Program-made: the position numbers and the translations under genes
In this document: piece by piece, positions 37,801 to 48,362 of the stretch
Layout: every line of letters begins with the position of its first letter
Position numbering within the stretch: the stretch's first letter is position 1
Notes under the pieces: model-generated
Seen by the model: only the letters and a program-made list of their open reading frames with translations
What the model was told of the DNA's origin: nothing
The model's database searches: none
IMG/VR virus record: IMGVR_UViG_3300025407_001324
Reading direction: 5' to 3' (one strand)
Source of the DNA: an uncultured virus (IMG/VR IMGVR_UViG_3300025407_001324)
Taxonomy: Duplodnaviria > Heunggongvirae > Uroviricota > Caudoviricetes
Length of the DNA stretch: 64,000 bases

Positions 37801-38582
37801 GGTCCTTGTACACCTGTAGGGCCTTGTGGGCCGGTATTTCCAATTGGTCCAATTGGCCCTTGTACACCAGTTGGTCCTTGTACACCTGTAGGCCCTTGTG
37901 GTCCAGTATTTCCAGTTGGACCGGTTGGACCTTGTGGTCCTTGCGGGCCGCTAGCCAAAATACTTGCACCATTACTATAAAAATAACCACTGGCTAACAC
38001 ATTTCCTGAGCTAGTATTTCCTGTAACAGTAATTGAAGTTAAATTACCTAAACTGGTAATATTTGGTTGAGCAGCAGTTGTTAAAGTGCCAGCCAAATAT
38101 ACTGCACTTAATAAATTTGCTCCAGTAATACTACCTGCCGTGCCAGTACCAGTGCTAAAAACGCCTGTTACCGATAAATTTGTTGCAAATACACCTGTAT
38201 TGGAAACCACCAATGAAGTAACACCGCCAGCAGTTAAATTTACATTACCGTTAGCTGTAGGAATATTAACATTACTAGTGCCATTGGTAATACTACTTGT
38301 TGATAATCCTGTTAATAGTGCACCATTTCCTAAGAAGTAAGCAGCAGTTAGATTACCGCTAGTTGACAAATTACCAACAGTTGCATTACCAGTTACTGAA
38401 GTGTTGCTTAGTGTAGTAGTGCCGTTTGCAGTTAAATTACCGCTGATTGTAGCAGTATTTGCAACGATAATATTCGTAGTGCCAGCTACCCTATACCACG
38501 CATTACTAGTACTATTGTAGGTATATGTTATATTATTAACTGTAACTTGTTGGCCGTTTGACGGGGACGATGGAAATGACAT
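34818..38582 (-). CDS. Collagen-like fibre protein (1254 aa)
   Basis: MSFPSSP N-terminal module, about 50 Gly-X-Y triplets, and a C-terminal beta-rich domain (YRVKYQVNI...VYIWIRKNG...DYIELYW) reminiscent of C1q/BclA-type heads. Confidence 0.85.
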   Translation of the reverse strand: MSFPSSPSNGQQVTVNNITYTYNSTSNAWYRVAGTTNIIVANTATISGNLTANGTTTLSNTSVTGNATVGNLSTSGNLTAAYFLGNGALLTGLSTSSITNGTSNVNIPTANGNVNLTAGGVTSLVVSNTGVFATNLSVTGVFSTGTGTAGSITGANLLSAVYLAGTLTTAAQPNITSLGNLTSITVTGNTSSGNVLASGYFYSNGASILASGPQGPQGPTGPTGNTGPQGPTGVQGPTGVQGPIGPIGNTGPQGPTGVQGPTGAQGPTGVQGPTGPIGNTGPQGPTGVQGPTGAQGPTGVQGPQGPIGNTGPQGPTGVQGPTGVQGPTGAQGPTGPIGNTGPQGPTGVQGPTGAQGPTGAQGNVGTFSGTTTQQIITTNTTPATSTTTGALIVTGGGGIGGDLHVGGNIVAGQSLNFIPYNAPIQASGHYNAYFEVAIQNRSNNPGATTCYAAFADNSDGCTSLVTFGIASSSFNQAGHGLVQANDGYFYTVASATGQGGNIVINSCGANASVIFATGGDDYSNEVMRVTPGGTSCGFVNVKSTVASGNTASGALVVAGGAGIAGNLNAGNVLAGGYFYSNGASILASGPTGPQGAQGPQGPTGPVAGANTQVIFNNANSAGASSNFIWNNATSTLTITGTVSATNHTGSGAYLTNLTGANVTGQVANAASAGTVYGNAQPNITSLGSLSSLTVSGTTNSTGVGTGSAVVLGGASITKDLWVGGTIFTNNLTTVNTTTLSVSAPLLYLTSNVVYPYNYDIGFYSHFVGGPSNVYAHTGLVRNYVDNNWYLFSNVAEPSGSVVNLTDANVIYDSLKLGNLTSSGNVTSTYFLGNGSQLSGLPSVTVNNAPPANPVAGSVWVDTGSGVEYTYITGSSGNVWVELEAQNSYSYNSLSYANLNNTSTNSQILYNSAGAIAGSNNFTFNGSTVTAPVISANALTVSGLTTLSNISIAGNITPTVNNYYALGSPSYKWANVYIGPGSLYLTDTVTGSTISLTATNNVLFLNGASGLTNGNLYFNNNSILTLTPNVDITIGNISGDSGNVVINRVTNFHGNIFATNITSTGNITGQNFIGNGATINGDLSVTGNINIAGNVTVTNQVYGSFANVANISASASNTGNPILFSTALANSGIQLGTGASNSHVIISKPDTYRVKYQVNILNTGGAPNVYIWIRKNGTDIAYSQVKFSGSAVAQNGILNGDFFVTTTTNTDYIELYWATSSNTLASLYAIPANSYSVTMPASPSALISISPVNNV
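37490..37950 (-). repeat. Collagen Gly-X-Y coding repeat
   Basis: Tandem [18 protein letters not shown] units. Confidence 0.9.
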
Positions 38583-38603
38583 TAGTTAACCCATATTAAT
38601 GAG

Positions 38604-38609
38604 TATTTA
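38604..38609 (-). promoter_or_regulatory. Late promoter core
   Basis: TATTTAT on the + strand, 21 nt upstream of the ATG at 38582. Confidence 0.5.
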
Positions 38610-38617
38610 TCGTATTT

Positions 38618-38962
38618 CTAGATTACTGTAAAAGTTGGGTATACAGAAGATTTTACACCGGATCCGGTAGAAACGCTCAGATTAGTACTGGTGTTACCTA
38701 TTACTGTTGGTGTTCCTGTTATTAATCCATTAGCAGCTAAAGTTAATCCTGTGGGAATTGTATTAGCAGAGTAGGTATAACTATCTCCGTCGTATGTTAT
38801 TGCTACTGCTTGGATCGGTGTTATTGCAACATTTGGGATGAGCAAAAAAGTTTGATTTTGTTGTGGGTATACCCAAGTCACTGCTACTGTAGCATTGCCA
38901 GTAGGAGCCGGAGGTACCACCACCAAACCGCCCGATAAATTGAAATTCCCTGATATTTGCAT
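38618..38962 (-). CDS. Small putative Ig (He_PIG-like) domain protein
   Basis: YTYSANTIPTGLTLAANGLITGTPT. Start reassigned to MQISG at 38962, 5 nt after TAAATA (38968-38973). Confidence 0.7.
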   Translation of the reverse strand: MQISGNFNLSGGLVVVPPAPTGNATVAVTWVYPQQNQTFLLIPNVAITPIQAVAITYDGDSYTYSANTIPTGLTLAANGLITGTPTVIGNTSTNLSVSTGSGVKSSVYPTFTVI

Positions 38963-38979
38963 AATATTATTTAACTTGT

Positions 38980-41900
38980 TTAACCTAGTTGTAGCCAAAA
39001 GCTATTGCTACCGTCATAGGTCCATCTTAGCAACGCATAATTGGTAGAATCAAACCACATATCGCCCACTACAGGATTGACAGGAGCGGTACCACTAGTA
39101 GTACTACGCACACCACCAGCAATAATATTACCAGCAGTAATATTACCGGCAACACTCAACGTAGTACCAATAGTAGCACTATTATTAACTGTTAATGCAC
39201 TTACTGTGGCATTTCCATTTGCACTCAATGTAGTAACTACGGCTGTGTTTGCTCCTGAAGATCCTAATGTCCCGTTTAGTGGTCCTTGGAATCCTCCAGT
39301 AGCAGTAAATGTTGCACCACTGAATGTAGCACCTAAATTACCGAATACCTGCGATTGTATGCTGGTTGCATACATTGTGCCGCTTAATGTCAATCCAGTT
39401 AGTGTGCCTACACTGGTAATGTTTGACTGAGTATTTCCGGTTACATATTGTGCAGTTCCTGAGCTAACTGAAGTAGTGGCATAGTTTGCAGTATTTGCAG
39501 TAATTGCATAGGTAGCATTAGCAACTGTTCCAGTTACATTGGCGCCAGTGATACTGATTAATCCACTGCCGTTACCAGTAATTTGTGCGCCAGCATTACC
39601 AATGGTAGCAGCACTTACAGCCAATCCTGATAATACCCCGCCCACAAATACTGCCCCAGTAATACCAACACCGCCTAATACTTGCAATGCACCTGTTGTG
39701 GTACTGGTCGAAATTGCATTACTATTGGCAATTAAATTACCACCAACGATTTCGACTTGGTTAACAATCTCTCTATTGATTGTAACAGTACTGCCATTGA
39801 CTCTTAGATTTCCGCCAATGGTAACATCGCCATCTGTAGTTAAACTTGCTCCAGCCAATACTGCACCAGTATTACCAATAGTGGCTGCCTGTACAGTCAC
39901 TGCATTAATTGTTCCGCCCACACTCAAACTTGACAATGTACCAACTTGAGTAATATTGCTTTGAATTGCTTGTGTCACATACTGAGCAGTTCCTGCTGAT
40001 ACCGCACTGGCATTACTGTCTAAAGGAACATATCCTAGTGCAGTATCGACATTGGCCGCAGTCAAACCAGTTACATATTGTGCAGTGACAGCATTCGTTA
40101 CTGCTCCTGAAATCTGACTGCCAATCAATCCAGTTAATTGTCTACCATTACCTATAAATGTAGCACCAATGTTACCAATGGTTTGCGCTTGTACAGTATT
40201 GGCATTAATTGTGCCGGCAACCGTTAAGTTAGACAAAGTACCAACTTGTGTAATGTTACTTTGTATTGGTTGTGTTACATACTGTGCTAGGTTAGCAGTA
40301 CCCGAAACTGCATTGGCATCCAGTGGAGTATAGCCCAATGCCGTTGTTACATTTGAGCTAGTTAAATTAGTTACATAAGTTGCCGTAGTAACTGGACCAA
40401 CAAGTTGGCTGCCAGTGATACCAGTGAGTTGACTTCCATTGCCAATAAAAGTAGCGCCGATATTACCAATGGTCGAAGCTTGTACAGTATTGGCATTGAT
40501 AGTGCCCGACACATACAAACTAGTTAAAGTTCCTAGTGCAGTAATGTTACTTTGTGTAGGACCGACTACATATAAAGCAGTTCCTGCACTAACTGCAGAA
40601 CTGTTGGAATTTAATGGGACATAACCCAGTGCAGTATCAACATTAGCAGCTGTTAGCCCAGTTACATACTGTGCCGTGACGGCATTAGTCACTGAGCCAA
40701 CAATTTGGCTACCTGTTATGCCTGTGAGTTGACTTCCGTTGCCAATAAAAGTAGCACCAATATTACCAATTGTGGCGGCTTGTATTATGTTACCTTCAAT
40801 CGTTCCGCTGACAGTTAAATTGGTTAATGTACCGACTTGAGTGATATTGCTTTGAATTGGCTGAGTCACATACTGTGCTAGATTAGCAGTGCCTGAACCT
40901 GTATTGGCATCTAAAGGAGTATAGCCCAATGCCGTTGTTATATTACCGCTGGTTAACCTTGTTACATAAACGGCAGTAACTGCGTTGGTTGCATTGGCAA
41001 CAGTTCCTGTTACTTGACTACCAGTAATACCTGTTATCTGACTACCATTACCAACTAAAGTTGCACCAATATTGCCAATGGTGGTAGCTTGTACGGTGTT
41101 GGCATTAATGGTACCAGCAACAGTTAAATTACTTAATGTACCTACCGCAGTAATGTTGCTTTGTATTGCTTGTGTTACATACTGTGCTAGATTGGCAGTA
41201 CCTACAGTAGCGTTGGAATCCAATGGTACATAGCCTAAAGCTGTGTCAACATTAGCAGCAGTTAGTCCGGTTACATATTGAGCAGTAACAGCGCTGGTAA
41301 CTCTTCCAGTTATTTGACTACCAGTGATACCTGTTATTTGACTACCATTACCAATTAGTGTTGCGCCAATATTACCAATAACCGCAGCCTGTACTACACC
41401 GCTTTCGATAGTTCCGGCTACAATTAAATTACTTAATATACCAACTTGGGTAATGTTGCTTTGTATTGATTGTGTTACATACTGTGCAGTACCCGCAGTT
41501 CCTATTGTTGCATTAGAATCTAACGGAACATAGCCCAATGCAGTATCAACGTTGGCCGCAGTCAATCCTGTTACATATTCTGCAGTAACTGCGGTAGCTA
41601 CTGCACCAACTACTTGACTACCAGTAATTCCAGTGAGCTGACTGCCATTACCTATAATTGTAGCACCAATATTACCAATAACTGCAGCTTCAACTGTGCC
41701 TGTGTTAATGGTGCCCGACACATACAAATTAGTCAACGTACCAACTTGAGTAATATTACTTTGTATTGGTTGGATTACATACTGAGCAGTACCTGCAGTA
41801 GCGACAGAACTATTTGAATTTAACGGCACATAGCCTAATGCGGTAGTTACATTTGCACTAGATAATCCAGTTACACTTTGTGCAGTGACTGCTAGTGTAA

Positions 41901-44900
41901 CTGCGCCAATAATTTGACTGCCGGTAATATTGCCAATTTGGCTACCGGTTAGTCCAGTAATTGAAGAACCATTACCAATAAATGTAGCACCAATGTTACC
42001 AATTGTAGCAGCTTGTACAGTTCCTGCATTAATTGTACCACTGACAACTAAATTGGTTAATGTACCGACTTGAGTGATATTGCTTTGTATTGGAGATATA
42101 ATTGTATTTGCAGCTATAGCAGCTGCATTACTATCCAACGGCACATAGGTTAATGCAGTGGTTACATTACTGCTTGTCAATCCTGTTACATATTCTGCAG
42201 TAACTGCATTGGTTGCATTGGCAACCGTTCCTGTTATTTGGCCACCAGTAATACCAGTTAACTGGCTACCATTACCGATTAGTCTTGCACCGATATTACC
42301 AATTGTTTGTGCTTGTACTGTGTTAGCGTTAATCGTGCCACTAACAACCAAGTTAGTCAATGTACCAACTTGAGTAATATTACTTTGCGTTGCTTGAGTT
42401 ACGTACTGTGCAGTCCCTGCAGTAGCAATAGATGTATTTGAATCCATTGGGACATAGCCCAATGCAGTATCGACATTAGCAGCTGTTAGTCCAGTTACAT
42501 ACTCTGCAGTAATTGCGTTGGTAACTGTACCAATAACCTGACTACCAGTGATACTTGTTATTTGACTACCATTGCCAATTAATGTTGCGCCTACATTACC
42601 GATCGTCTGTGCTTGTACAGTATTAGCGTTAATTGTACCTGCTACTATCAAATTGGTCAGTGTACCAACTTGTGTAATATTACTTTGCGTTGCTTGTGTT
42701 ACATACTGTGCAGTTCCAGACGATATTGCAGTACCATTGGAGTTAAGTGGGATATATCCCAAAGCAGTATCAACGTTGGCTGCAGTTAACCCAGTTACAT
42801 ACTGTGCAGTAACAGCATTAGTAGCATTGGCAACTGTACCAACTACTTGACTGCCAGTAATACCTGTGATCTGACTGCCGTTACCAATAAAACTAGCACC
42901 GATATTACCAATTGTTTGTGCCTGTACTGCATTGGCATTAATGGTACCTGCTACAGTTAAGTTAGTTAAAGTACCAACCTGTGTAATATTACTTTGTATT
43001 GCTTGAGTTACATACTGTGCTGTACCTGCAGTGGCTATGGTAGAATTTGAATTAATCGGTACATAACCTAGTGCGGTGGTTACATTACCGCTAGTTAAAC
43101 CAGTTACATACTGTGCAGTTGTAGCATTGGCAACTGTACCAGTGACTTGTCCACCAGTTAGATTAGTCAGCTGACTGCCGTTACCGATGAATGCAGCACC
43201 AATGTTACCAATTGTTTGTGCTTGCACAGTATTGGCATTAATAGTGCCACTGACTGTTAAATTAGTCAGAGTACCAACCGCAGTAATATTACTTTGAATT
43301 GGTTGTATTACATATTGTGCATTGATTGATGCATTTGAATTAAGAGGTACATAACCTAATGCAGTAGTTACATTACCGCTAGTTAATCCAGTTACGTATT
43401 GTGCGGTAGTGACTGCACCAACTATTTGACTTCCGGTGATATTAGATACTTGGCTACCAGTAATACCTGTTATCTGACTGCCGTTACCAATAAACGTGGC
43501 ACCAATGTTACCAATTGTCTGTGCTTGTACAGTATTAGCGTTAATTGTACCTGCTACTGTTAAGTTGGTTAATGTGCCTACTGCAGTAATATTGCTTTGT
43601 GTTGCTTGAGTTACATATTGTGCAGTTCCTGCGCTGACTGCAGAACTATTGGAATTTAACGGTACATAACCCAATGCAGTATCAACGTTGGCTGCCGTTA
43701 AGCCAGTTACATACTGTGCCGTGACGGCATCAGTTACCGGTCCGACGATTTGACTACCAGTGATACCTGTTATCTGACTGCCGTTACCAACAAAACTAGC
43801 GCCAATATTACCGATTGTAGCGGCTTGCATAGCATTGGCATTAATAGTTCCGCTGACTGTTAAGTTAGTTAGTGTACCAACTTGTGTAATATTACTCTGT
43901 ATACCTTGTATTACATATTCTGTATTGATTGTTGCATTAGAATCAATCGGTACATAGCCCAGTGCAGTAGTTACATTACTGTTGGTCAATCCTGTAACAT
44001 ATATTGCAGTAGTAACTGGTCCAACAACTTGACTACCAATAATGCCAGTGATTTGGCTACCATTACCGATTAGTCTTGCACCGACGTTGCCTATTGTTTG
44101 TGCTTGTACAGTATTTGCATTAATAGTACCTGCTACTGTTAAGTTGGTTAATGTACCAACTTGTGTGATATTACTTTGTGTTGCTTGTGTTACATACTGG
44201 GCAGTTCCGGACGATATTGCTGATCCATTGGAATCAAGGGGTATATAACCTAGTGCAGTATCAACATTGGCAGCTGTTAGCCCAGTTACATACTGTGCAG
44301 TAATTGCGTTAGCCACTGCAGTGGTAATTTGACTGCCAGTGATACCAGTGATTTGGCTACCATTACCAATTAGTCTTGCTCCAACATTACCAATAATTGC
44401 AGACTGTACGATTCCTGCATTAAGAGTACCGGTTACAGTAAGATTGGAAATGTGGCTAAAATCAATATTTGCTACAGTATTGGCACTTAATGTTCCGTAA
44501 ATAATCGAATTGCTATTACCAATAATATTTGCATAAATTGAATCGGCAATTAAGTTACCAGTTAGGTTAATGTTAACAGAACTACTGGGATTACTGACCC
44601 ATTGTACACCTGTTCCTGTACTTTGTAGTATATAACCAGCGGTACCAAAATTACCGTTGATTGATATACCGTTACTTACATTGAGATTAGCAACAGTAAG
44701 ATCAGCATTGCTGGTAACTGAAATATTTGTGTTATTTGTATAGCTTTGGTTTGTATACCCTAATACAAAATTGCTGGTGCTGGCTTGCCAAATTAATGCA
44801 ACATTACTTTGGCTAGAAGTGCTGCGGTCAAAGATGAGACCAATATCTCTATTGGATATATTACCTTTGTTAATAGTCAGTAAATGCTCTGAAATCGTCA

Positions 44901-44946
44901 GAGTATTACTGTTAAAATTGGATCCTTGAACACGGGTTAATGACAT
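38980..44946 (-). CDS. Long repeat fibre protein (1988 aa) with 15 repeats of about 100 aa
   Basis: Repeat TAQYVTGLTAANVDTALGYVPLxSN...QSNITQVGTLTNLTVxGTINANTVQAxTIGNxGAxxIGNGSQITG; C-terminal APxNPxxGDMWFD module. Confidence 0.88.
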   Translation of the reverse strand: MSLTRVQGSNFNSNTLTISEHLLTINKGNISNRDIGLIFDRSTSSQSNVALIWQASTSNFVLGYTNQSYTNNTNISVTSNADLTVANLNVSNGISINGNFGTAGYILQSTGTGVQWVSNPSSSVNINLTGNLIADSIYANIIGNSNSIIYGTLSANTVANIDFSHISNLTVTGTLNAGIVQSAIIGNVGARLIGNGSQITGITGSQITTAVANAITAQYVTGLTAANVDTALGYIPLDSNGSAISSGTAQYVTQATQSNITQVGTLTNLTVAGTINANTVQAQTIGNVGARLIGNGSQITGIIGSQVVGPVTTAIYVTGLTNSNVTTALGYVPIDSNATINTEYVIQGIQSNITQVGTLTNLTVSGTINANAMQAATIGNIGASFVGNGSQITGITGSQIVGPVTDAVTAQYVTGLTAANVDTALGYVPLNSNSSAVSAGTAQYVTQATQSNITAVGTLTNLTVAGTINANTVQAQTIGNIGATFIGNGSQITGITGSQVSNITGSQIVGAVTTAQYVTGLTSGNVTTALGYVPLNSNASINAQYVIQPIQSNITAVGTLTNLTVSGTINANTVQAQTIGNIGAAFIGNGSQLTNLTGGQVTGTVANATTAQYVTGLTSGNVTTALGYVPINSNSTIATAGTAQYVTQAIQSNITQVGTLTNLTVAGTINANAVQAQTIGNIGASFIGNGSQITGITGSQVVGTVANATNAVTAQYVTGLTAANVDTALGYIPLNSNGTAISSGTAQYVTQATQSNITQVGTLTNLIVAGTINANTVQAQTIGNVGATLIGNGSQITSITGSQVIGTVTNAITAEYVTGLTAANVDTALGYVPMDSNTSIATAGTAQYVTQATQSNITQVGTLTNLVVSGTINANTVQAQTIGNIGARLIGNGSQLTGITGGQITGTVANATNAVTAEYVTGLTSSNVTTALTYVPLDSNAAAIAANTIISPIQSNITQVGTLTNLVVSGTINAGTVQAATIGNIGATFIGNGSSITGLTGSQIGNITGSQIIGAVTLAVTAQSVTGLSSANVTTALGYVPLNSNSSVATAGTAQYVIQPIQSNITQVGTLTNLYVSGTINTGTVEAAVIGNIGATIIGNGSQLTGITGSQVVGAVATAVTAEYVTGLTAANVDTALGYVPLDSNATIGTAGTAQYVTQSIQSNITQVGILSNLIVAGTIESGVVQAAVIGNIGATLIGNGSQITGITGSQITGRVTSAVTAQYVTGLTAANVDTALGYVPLDSNATVGTANLAQYVTQAIQSNITAVGTLSNLTVAGTINANTVQATTIGNIGATLVGNGSQITGITGSQVTGTVANATNAVTAVYVTRLTSGNITTALGYTPLDANTGSGTANLAQYVTQPIQSNITQVGTLTNLTVSGTIEGNIIQAATIGNIGATFIGNGSQLTGITGSQIVGSVTNAVTAQYVTGLTAANVDTALGYVPLNSNSSAVSAGTALYVVGPTQSNITALGTLTSLYVSGTINANTVQASTIGNIGATFIGNGSQLTGITGSQLVGPVTTATYVTNLTSSNVTTALGYTPLDANAVSGTANLAQYVTQPIQSNITQVGTLSNLTVAGTINANTVQAQTIGNIGATFIGNGRQLTGLIGSQISGAVTNAVTAQYVTGLTAANVDTALGYVPLDSNASAVSAGTAQYVTQAIQSNITQVGTLSSLSVGGTINAVTVQAATIGNTGAVLAGASLTTDGDVTIGGNLRVNGSTVTINREIVNQVEIVGGNLIANSNAISTSTTTGALQVLGGVGITGAVFVGGVLSGLAVSAATIGNAGAQITGNGSGLISITGANVTGTVANATYAITANTANYATTSVSSGTAQYVTGNTQSNITSVGTLTGLTLSGTMYATSIQSQVFGNLGATFSGATFTATGGFQGPLNGTLGSSGANTAVVTTLSANGNATVSALTVNNSATIGTTLSVAGNITAGNIIAGGVRSTTSGTAPVNPVVGDMWFDSTNYALLRWTYDGSNSFWLQLG
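39900..44400 (-). repeat. Degenerate tandem coding repeat of about 300 bp, 15 copies
   Basis: 15 AL(G/T)YxP motifs counted in the translation; equivalent positions near 41221 and 41521 are 300 bp apart. Confidence 0.85.
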
Positions 44947-44966
44947 ATTTTTCTTCGGCTATTGGG

Positions 44967-44974
44967 TATTTATA
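44967..44974 (-). promoter_or_regulatory. Exact T4 late promoter consensus TATAAATA
   Basis: TATTTATA on the + strand, 20 nt upstream of the ATG at 44946. Confidence 0.7.
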
Positions 44975-47900
44975 CTAAGTTATAGTGTTACACCCAGCGC
45001 CTCCGTATATAATCATTACTGCTCCGCCTCCGCCGCAACTGCCGCCCGAACCTTTAGCTGTTTGACCAGCGCCACCAAAACCGTAAGGCCCAGTAGTGGG
45101 AGATATAGTTAACGCCGTCCCAACACCATTAGTAGCTGCAGCGTTAGTATATTGTCCGGATTTTCCACCGTTCATACCGTAGGGATTGGTTCCTCCGCAA
45201 GCTATACCTACAAAAGTATTATAAGCAAATCCGCCGGCTCCTCCTGAATAGCTAGTACCCCCTGATCCTGTTCCGCCGGCCCCGCCGCGGCCACCGATGG
45301 TTCCAGTACCACCGCAACCGCCACCACCACCGCAACTGCCGCGCCCAACGCCACCGCCGCCTCCAACTGAACCAGATTTAGTGTTTATGCCAATGCCACC
45401 GCCAACGCCACCACCGGCTACTACATTACCTGAACCTGTACCGTTGAAGTATGAAGGTTGCCCAGTTCTTTGTGCGGCAGTTCCTAATTTAGAACCTGGT
45501 GTACCAACTCGACCTGTATAATTTTGACCAAACGCTACAGTAAAATTATTTAATACTGTAGTAGCGGCTCCGCCTCCGCCTGCCCCAGGCGAAAGATAAC
45601 AATTGCTACCTGCTCCGCCACCACCACCGCCAACTACTAAAACACTTGCTTGAGTTGTTCCGTTAGGAACACTCCAAGTATAAGTACCTGCTGCAGTAAA
45701 AGTTACTGTTGATGCTGCTGGATAAACACCAATTCCTATGGTACGAGTTTGACTTTGCGCAGTAGGGGTAGTACTATCACTGACTTTCCATACATAGAAA
45801 GATTGTGAGTGCAACGCAGTGGGTGTACCTGAGAAATAAGTATTGGCAAAAGTAAGACCAGTGGGCAGACTAGTACATACACTATACGAGTAAGGAGGTA
45901 TACCTCCGCTAACCGAGTTGACTATGGTATTTGTACCTGCAGATTGATTGAGTGTAAGATTATAAGTTCCTTTGCAAGTGAAACTAACACTAAGTGGAGC
46001 GGCATTTACTGTTATAGCAATAGTACCTGTTGCGTGTTGCGGAGTTGAATAAGAACAGGTAGCAGTTATGGTATATTGAGTATTTGTTTGTGTAGTCGTT
46101 CCTGTAAGTGTACCATACAACAAACCTGCATTGGAAAAAGTTAATCCTGTCGGCAATGTATTTCCACTAATTGCATATGTTATGTTGCCAAATCCTCCAG
46201 ATGCTGTTGCTGGAGTAGAAGAATATGCACTTCCTATTGTAAAATTATATGCGCTTGTGTTAACAGTCAATGATAACTGTACTGGCTGAACTGTTCCAGT
46301 AGCCGGACTTTGGGCTACATTGCTACCAATTGGATTTGTGGCTGTAACTTGAAATTTTATTGTTGATCCTAAATCACAATTGGTCAACGCATAAGTTGAC
46401 CCAGTTGCTCCACCAATAGCACTACTTCCCCTGTACCATTGATTAGCATATGTTGCTGCTGGATAGCTGGCCCAGGTACCTATGTTTGCCGTCAATGTTG
46501 ATCCGCTGCGAACAGTTCCAGCAATGCTTGGATTTGCACTAAGTTGTGGCGAATACCAAGTAAACGTACAGGGACTAGCATTGCTATATGGTCCTTGACC
46601 ATAACTATTAATTGCTGCAATATAAAATTTATATGTTGTTCCAGGTATTAATCCAGATATAGTAATGGTACCTGCCCCAGACTGACTAATTGTAGAAAAT
46701 CTTGTTGAAAGACAAGTTCCGGATTGCGGATTTTCTTGAACCACATAAGAAGTAATGGTAGAACCGCCAGTACACGTAGGAGCAGTGAATGTAATATTTG
46801 CATATCCCGACGGAGCTTGTCCAGTTGCAGAGGTAATATTAGGCGCAGTGAGTGGCTTAGAAGAACCAATAATAGGACTTAAATTTGAATTAGCGGATGT
46901 GTTACCGAATCCGTATAAACTTACCGCTGTTTGTACAAAATAAATGTTCTTGCCAGCATCTCCGGATACTGGAGTATATGTACTAGGAGCAAGATTAGAA
47001 GTTAATGATGTACCGCAAGATCTAAACCATTGATAAGTCCAACCAAAAATGGGACCACAAGCCGACCAACAATTTGGTACATTAGCGCCAGTCGCCACTT
47101 GAATAGCGTTGCCAACAATATAGGATCCACCAGGAATAACGGTGTTTATTGTTGGTTGTCTTAGACTAATTGGAGGTCCGTAGGTGTTGATACATCCACT
47201 AGGTGTACTGCAACAACCTTGTCCAACTGCGTTAACTGCATATGCAGTGAAAAAATATGTAGTAGCAGGAGTTAATCCTGTTACTGTAATTGTGGGCGAT
47301 GCTGAACTTGTTACTGTGGCTGTTCGGCATCCTGGGTGACTTGTTGCCACAATTGCCGTAGGAGTAAATCCAGTATGGCAACAGGTTGCAAAATTCCAAA
47401 CAACTCCGATGGCCGTATTTCCAAGAGAACTGTTAATATGTACTACATTTGATATAACAACTGCATTGGGCACTGTACCATATGGTTTACAAGCGGTATT
47501 TGCACTAACATTACTGGTTCCTACACCATTTGTTGCGGTAACTGTGAATGTATAATACGAACCTTTGGTCAATCCTGTTACAGTAATTGTGCCCGAACTA
47601 GAAGTACTCAAAGTTGCAGTGATGCCGCCAGGATTTGCATTTGCTACAAAGTATCTAATAGCACTACCGTTATTGTTAGGCGCAGTATAAGGTATAGCCA
47701 TTCCAACATTTTGTTTGACGATAGGAGTTCCAACTACTACCACATTTGGCACAGTAGCAACCAAAACACTTGAACTACACGCACTAGGTTGTCCTGTACC
47801 AATACTGTTAACCGCAGCCACTGTAAATGCATAAGTAGTACCAGTGGTCAAACCAGTTACCGTCATGGTTCCATTACCTGCAGTACTTAATGTTGCGTGG

Positions 47901-48358
47901 ATTGAACCTGGACTACTTGTTGCTATGTAGCTGGTAATTGGATAACCACCGTTGTTAGTTGGTGCAGTATAAATCAATTGAACTGCAGTTGTATTAACAT
48001 CTGTTGCAGATACTATACTAGGTGCACAAGGTACAGTTGCAACCATTGATATATAGATATTTGCATTTGATGTTTGTGGCTTAATTGGAGTGCTGTCAGT
48101 AACAACAATTTGGTAAGCAGTATTTCCACTTAGAGCATTACCTTTTCCACTGATTGTGCCAGTAGAAGAACCGATAGAAAGTCCTGACGGCAATGTGTTT
48201 GCCGAATATATATAAGGAGGAATTCCGCCGGTTACAGTAAGCGGTGTTACACTAACTGGTTGCCCATAAGCAAAATTATATGAACCAGTAGAGATCACTA
48301 CAACCAATAATGGTCTCGGTAAATGGGTTCCTACGTAAGAAATGCTTGATATTCTCAT
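44975..48358 (-). CDS. FN3/Ig-domain protein with Gly-rich C-terminal domain (fibre/adhesin), Cys-rich
   Basis: He_PIG-like LPSGLS/LPTGLTF segments, FN3 repeats, and a YTWSVP...VLVVGGGGGG Gly-rich tail. Confidence 0.85.
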   Translation of the reverse strand: MRISSISYVGTHLPRPLLVVVISTGSYNFAYGQPVSVTPLTVTGGIPPYIYSANTLPSGLSIGSSTGTISGKGNALSGNTAYQIVVTDSTPIKPQTSNANIYISMVATVPCAPSIVSATDVNTTAVQLIYTAPTNNGGYPITSYIATSSPGSIHATLSTAGNGTMTVTGLTTGTTYAFTVAAVNSIGTGQPSACSSSVLVATVPNVVVVGTPIVKQNVGMAIPYTAPNNNGSAIRYFVANANPGGITATLSTSSSGTITVTGLTKGSYYTFTVTATNGVGTSNVSANTACKPYGTVPNAVVISNVVHINSSLGNTAIGVVWNFATCCHTGFTPTAIVATSHPGCRTATVTSSASPTITVTGLTPATTYFFTAYAVNAVGQGCCSTPSGCINTYGPPISLRQPTINTVIPGGSYIVGNAIQVATGANVPNCWSACGPIFGWTYQWFRSCGTSLTSNLAPSTYTPVSGDAGKNIYFVQTAVSLYGFGNTSANSNLSPIIGSSKPLTAPNITSATGQAPSGYANITFTAPTCTGGSTITSYVVQENPQSGTCLSTRFSTISQSGAGTITISGLIPGTTYKFYIAAINSYGQGPYSNASPCTFTWYSPQLSANPSIAGTVRSGSTLTANIGTWASYPAATYANQWYRGSSAIGGATGSTYALTNCDLGSTIKFQVTATNPIGSNVAQSPATGTVQPVQLSLTVNTSAYNFTIGSAYSSTPATASGGFGNITYAISGNTLPTGLTFSNAGLLYGTLTGTTTQTNTQYTITATCSYSTPQHATGTIAITVNAAPLSVSFTCKGTYNLTLNQSAGTNTIVNSVSGGIPPYSYSVCTSLPTGLTFANTYFSGTPTALHSQSFYVWKVSDSTTPTAQSQTRTIGIGVYPAASTVTFTAAGTYTWSVPNGTTQASVLVVGGGGGGAGSNCYLSPGAGGGGAATTVLNNFTVAFGQNYTGRVGTPGSKLGTAAQRTGQPSYFNGTGSGNVVAGGGVGGGIGINTKSGSVGGGGGVGRGSCGGGGGCGGTGTIGGRGGAGGTGSGGTSYSGGAGGFAYNTFVGIACGGTNPYGMNGGKSGQYTNAAATNGVGTALTISPTTGPYGFGGAGQTAKGSGGSCGGGGAVMIIYGGAGCNTIT

Positions 48359-48362
48359 TATA

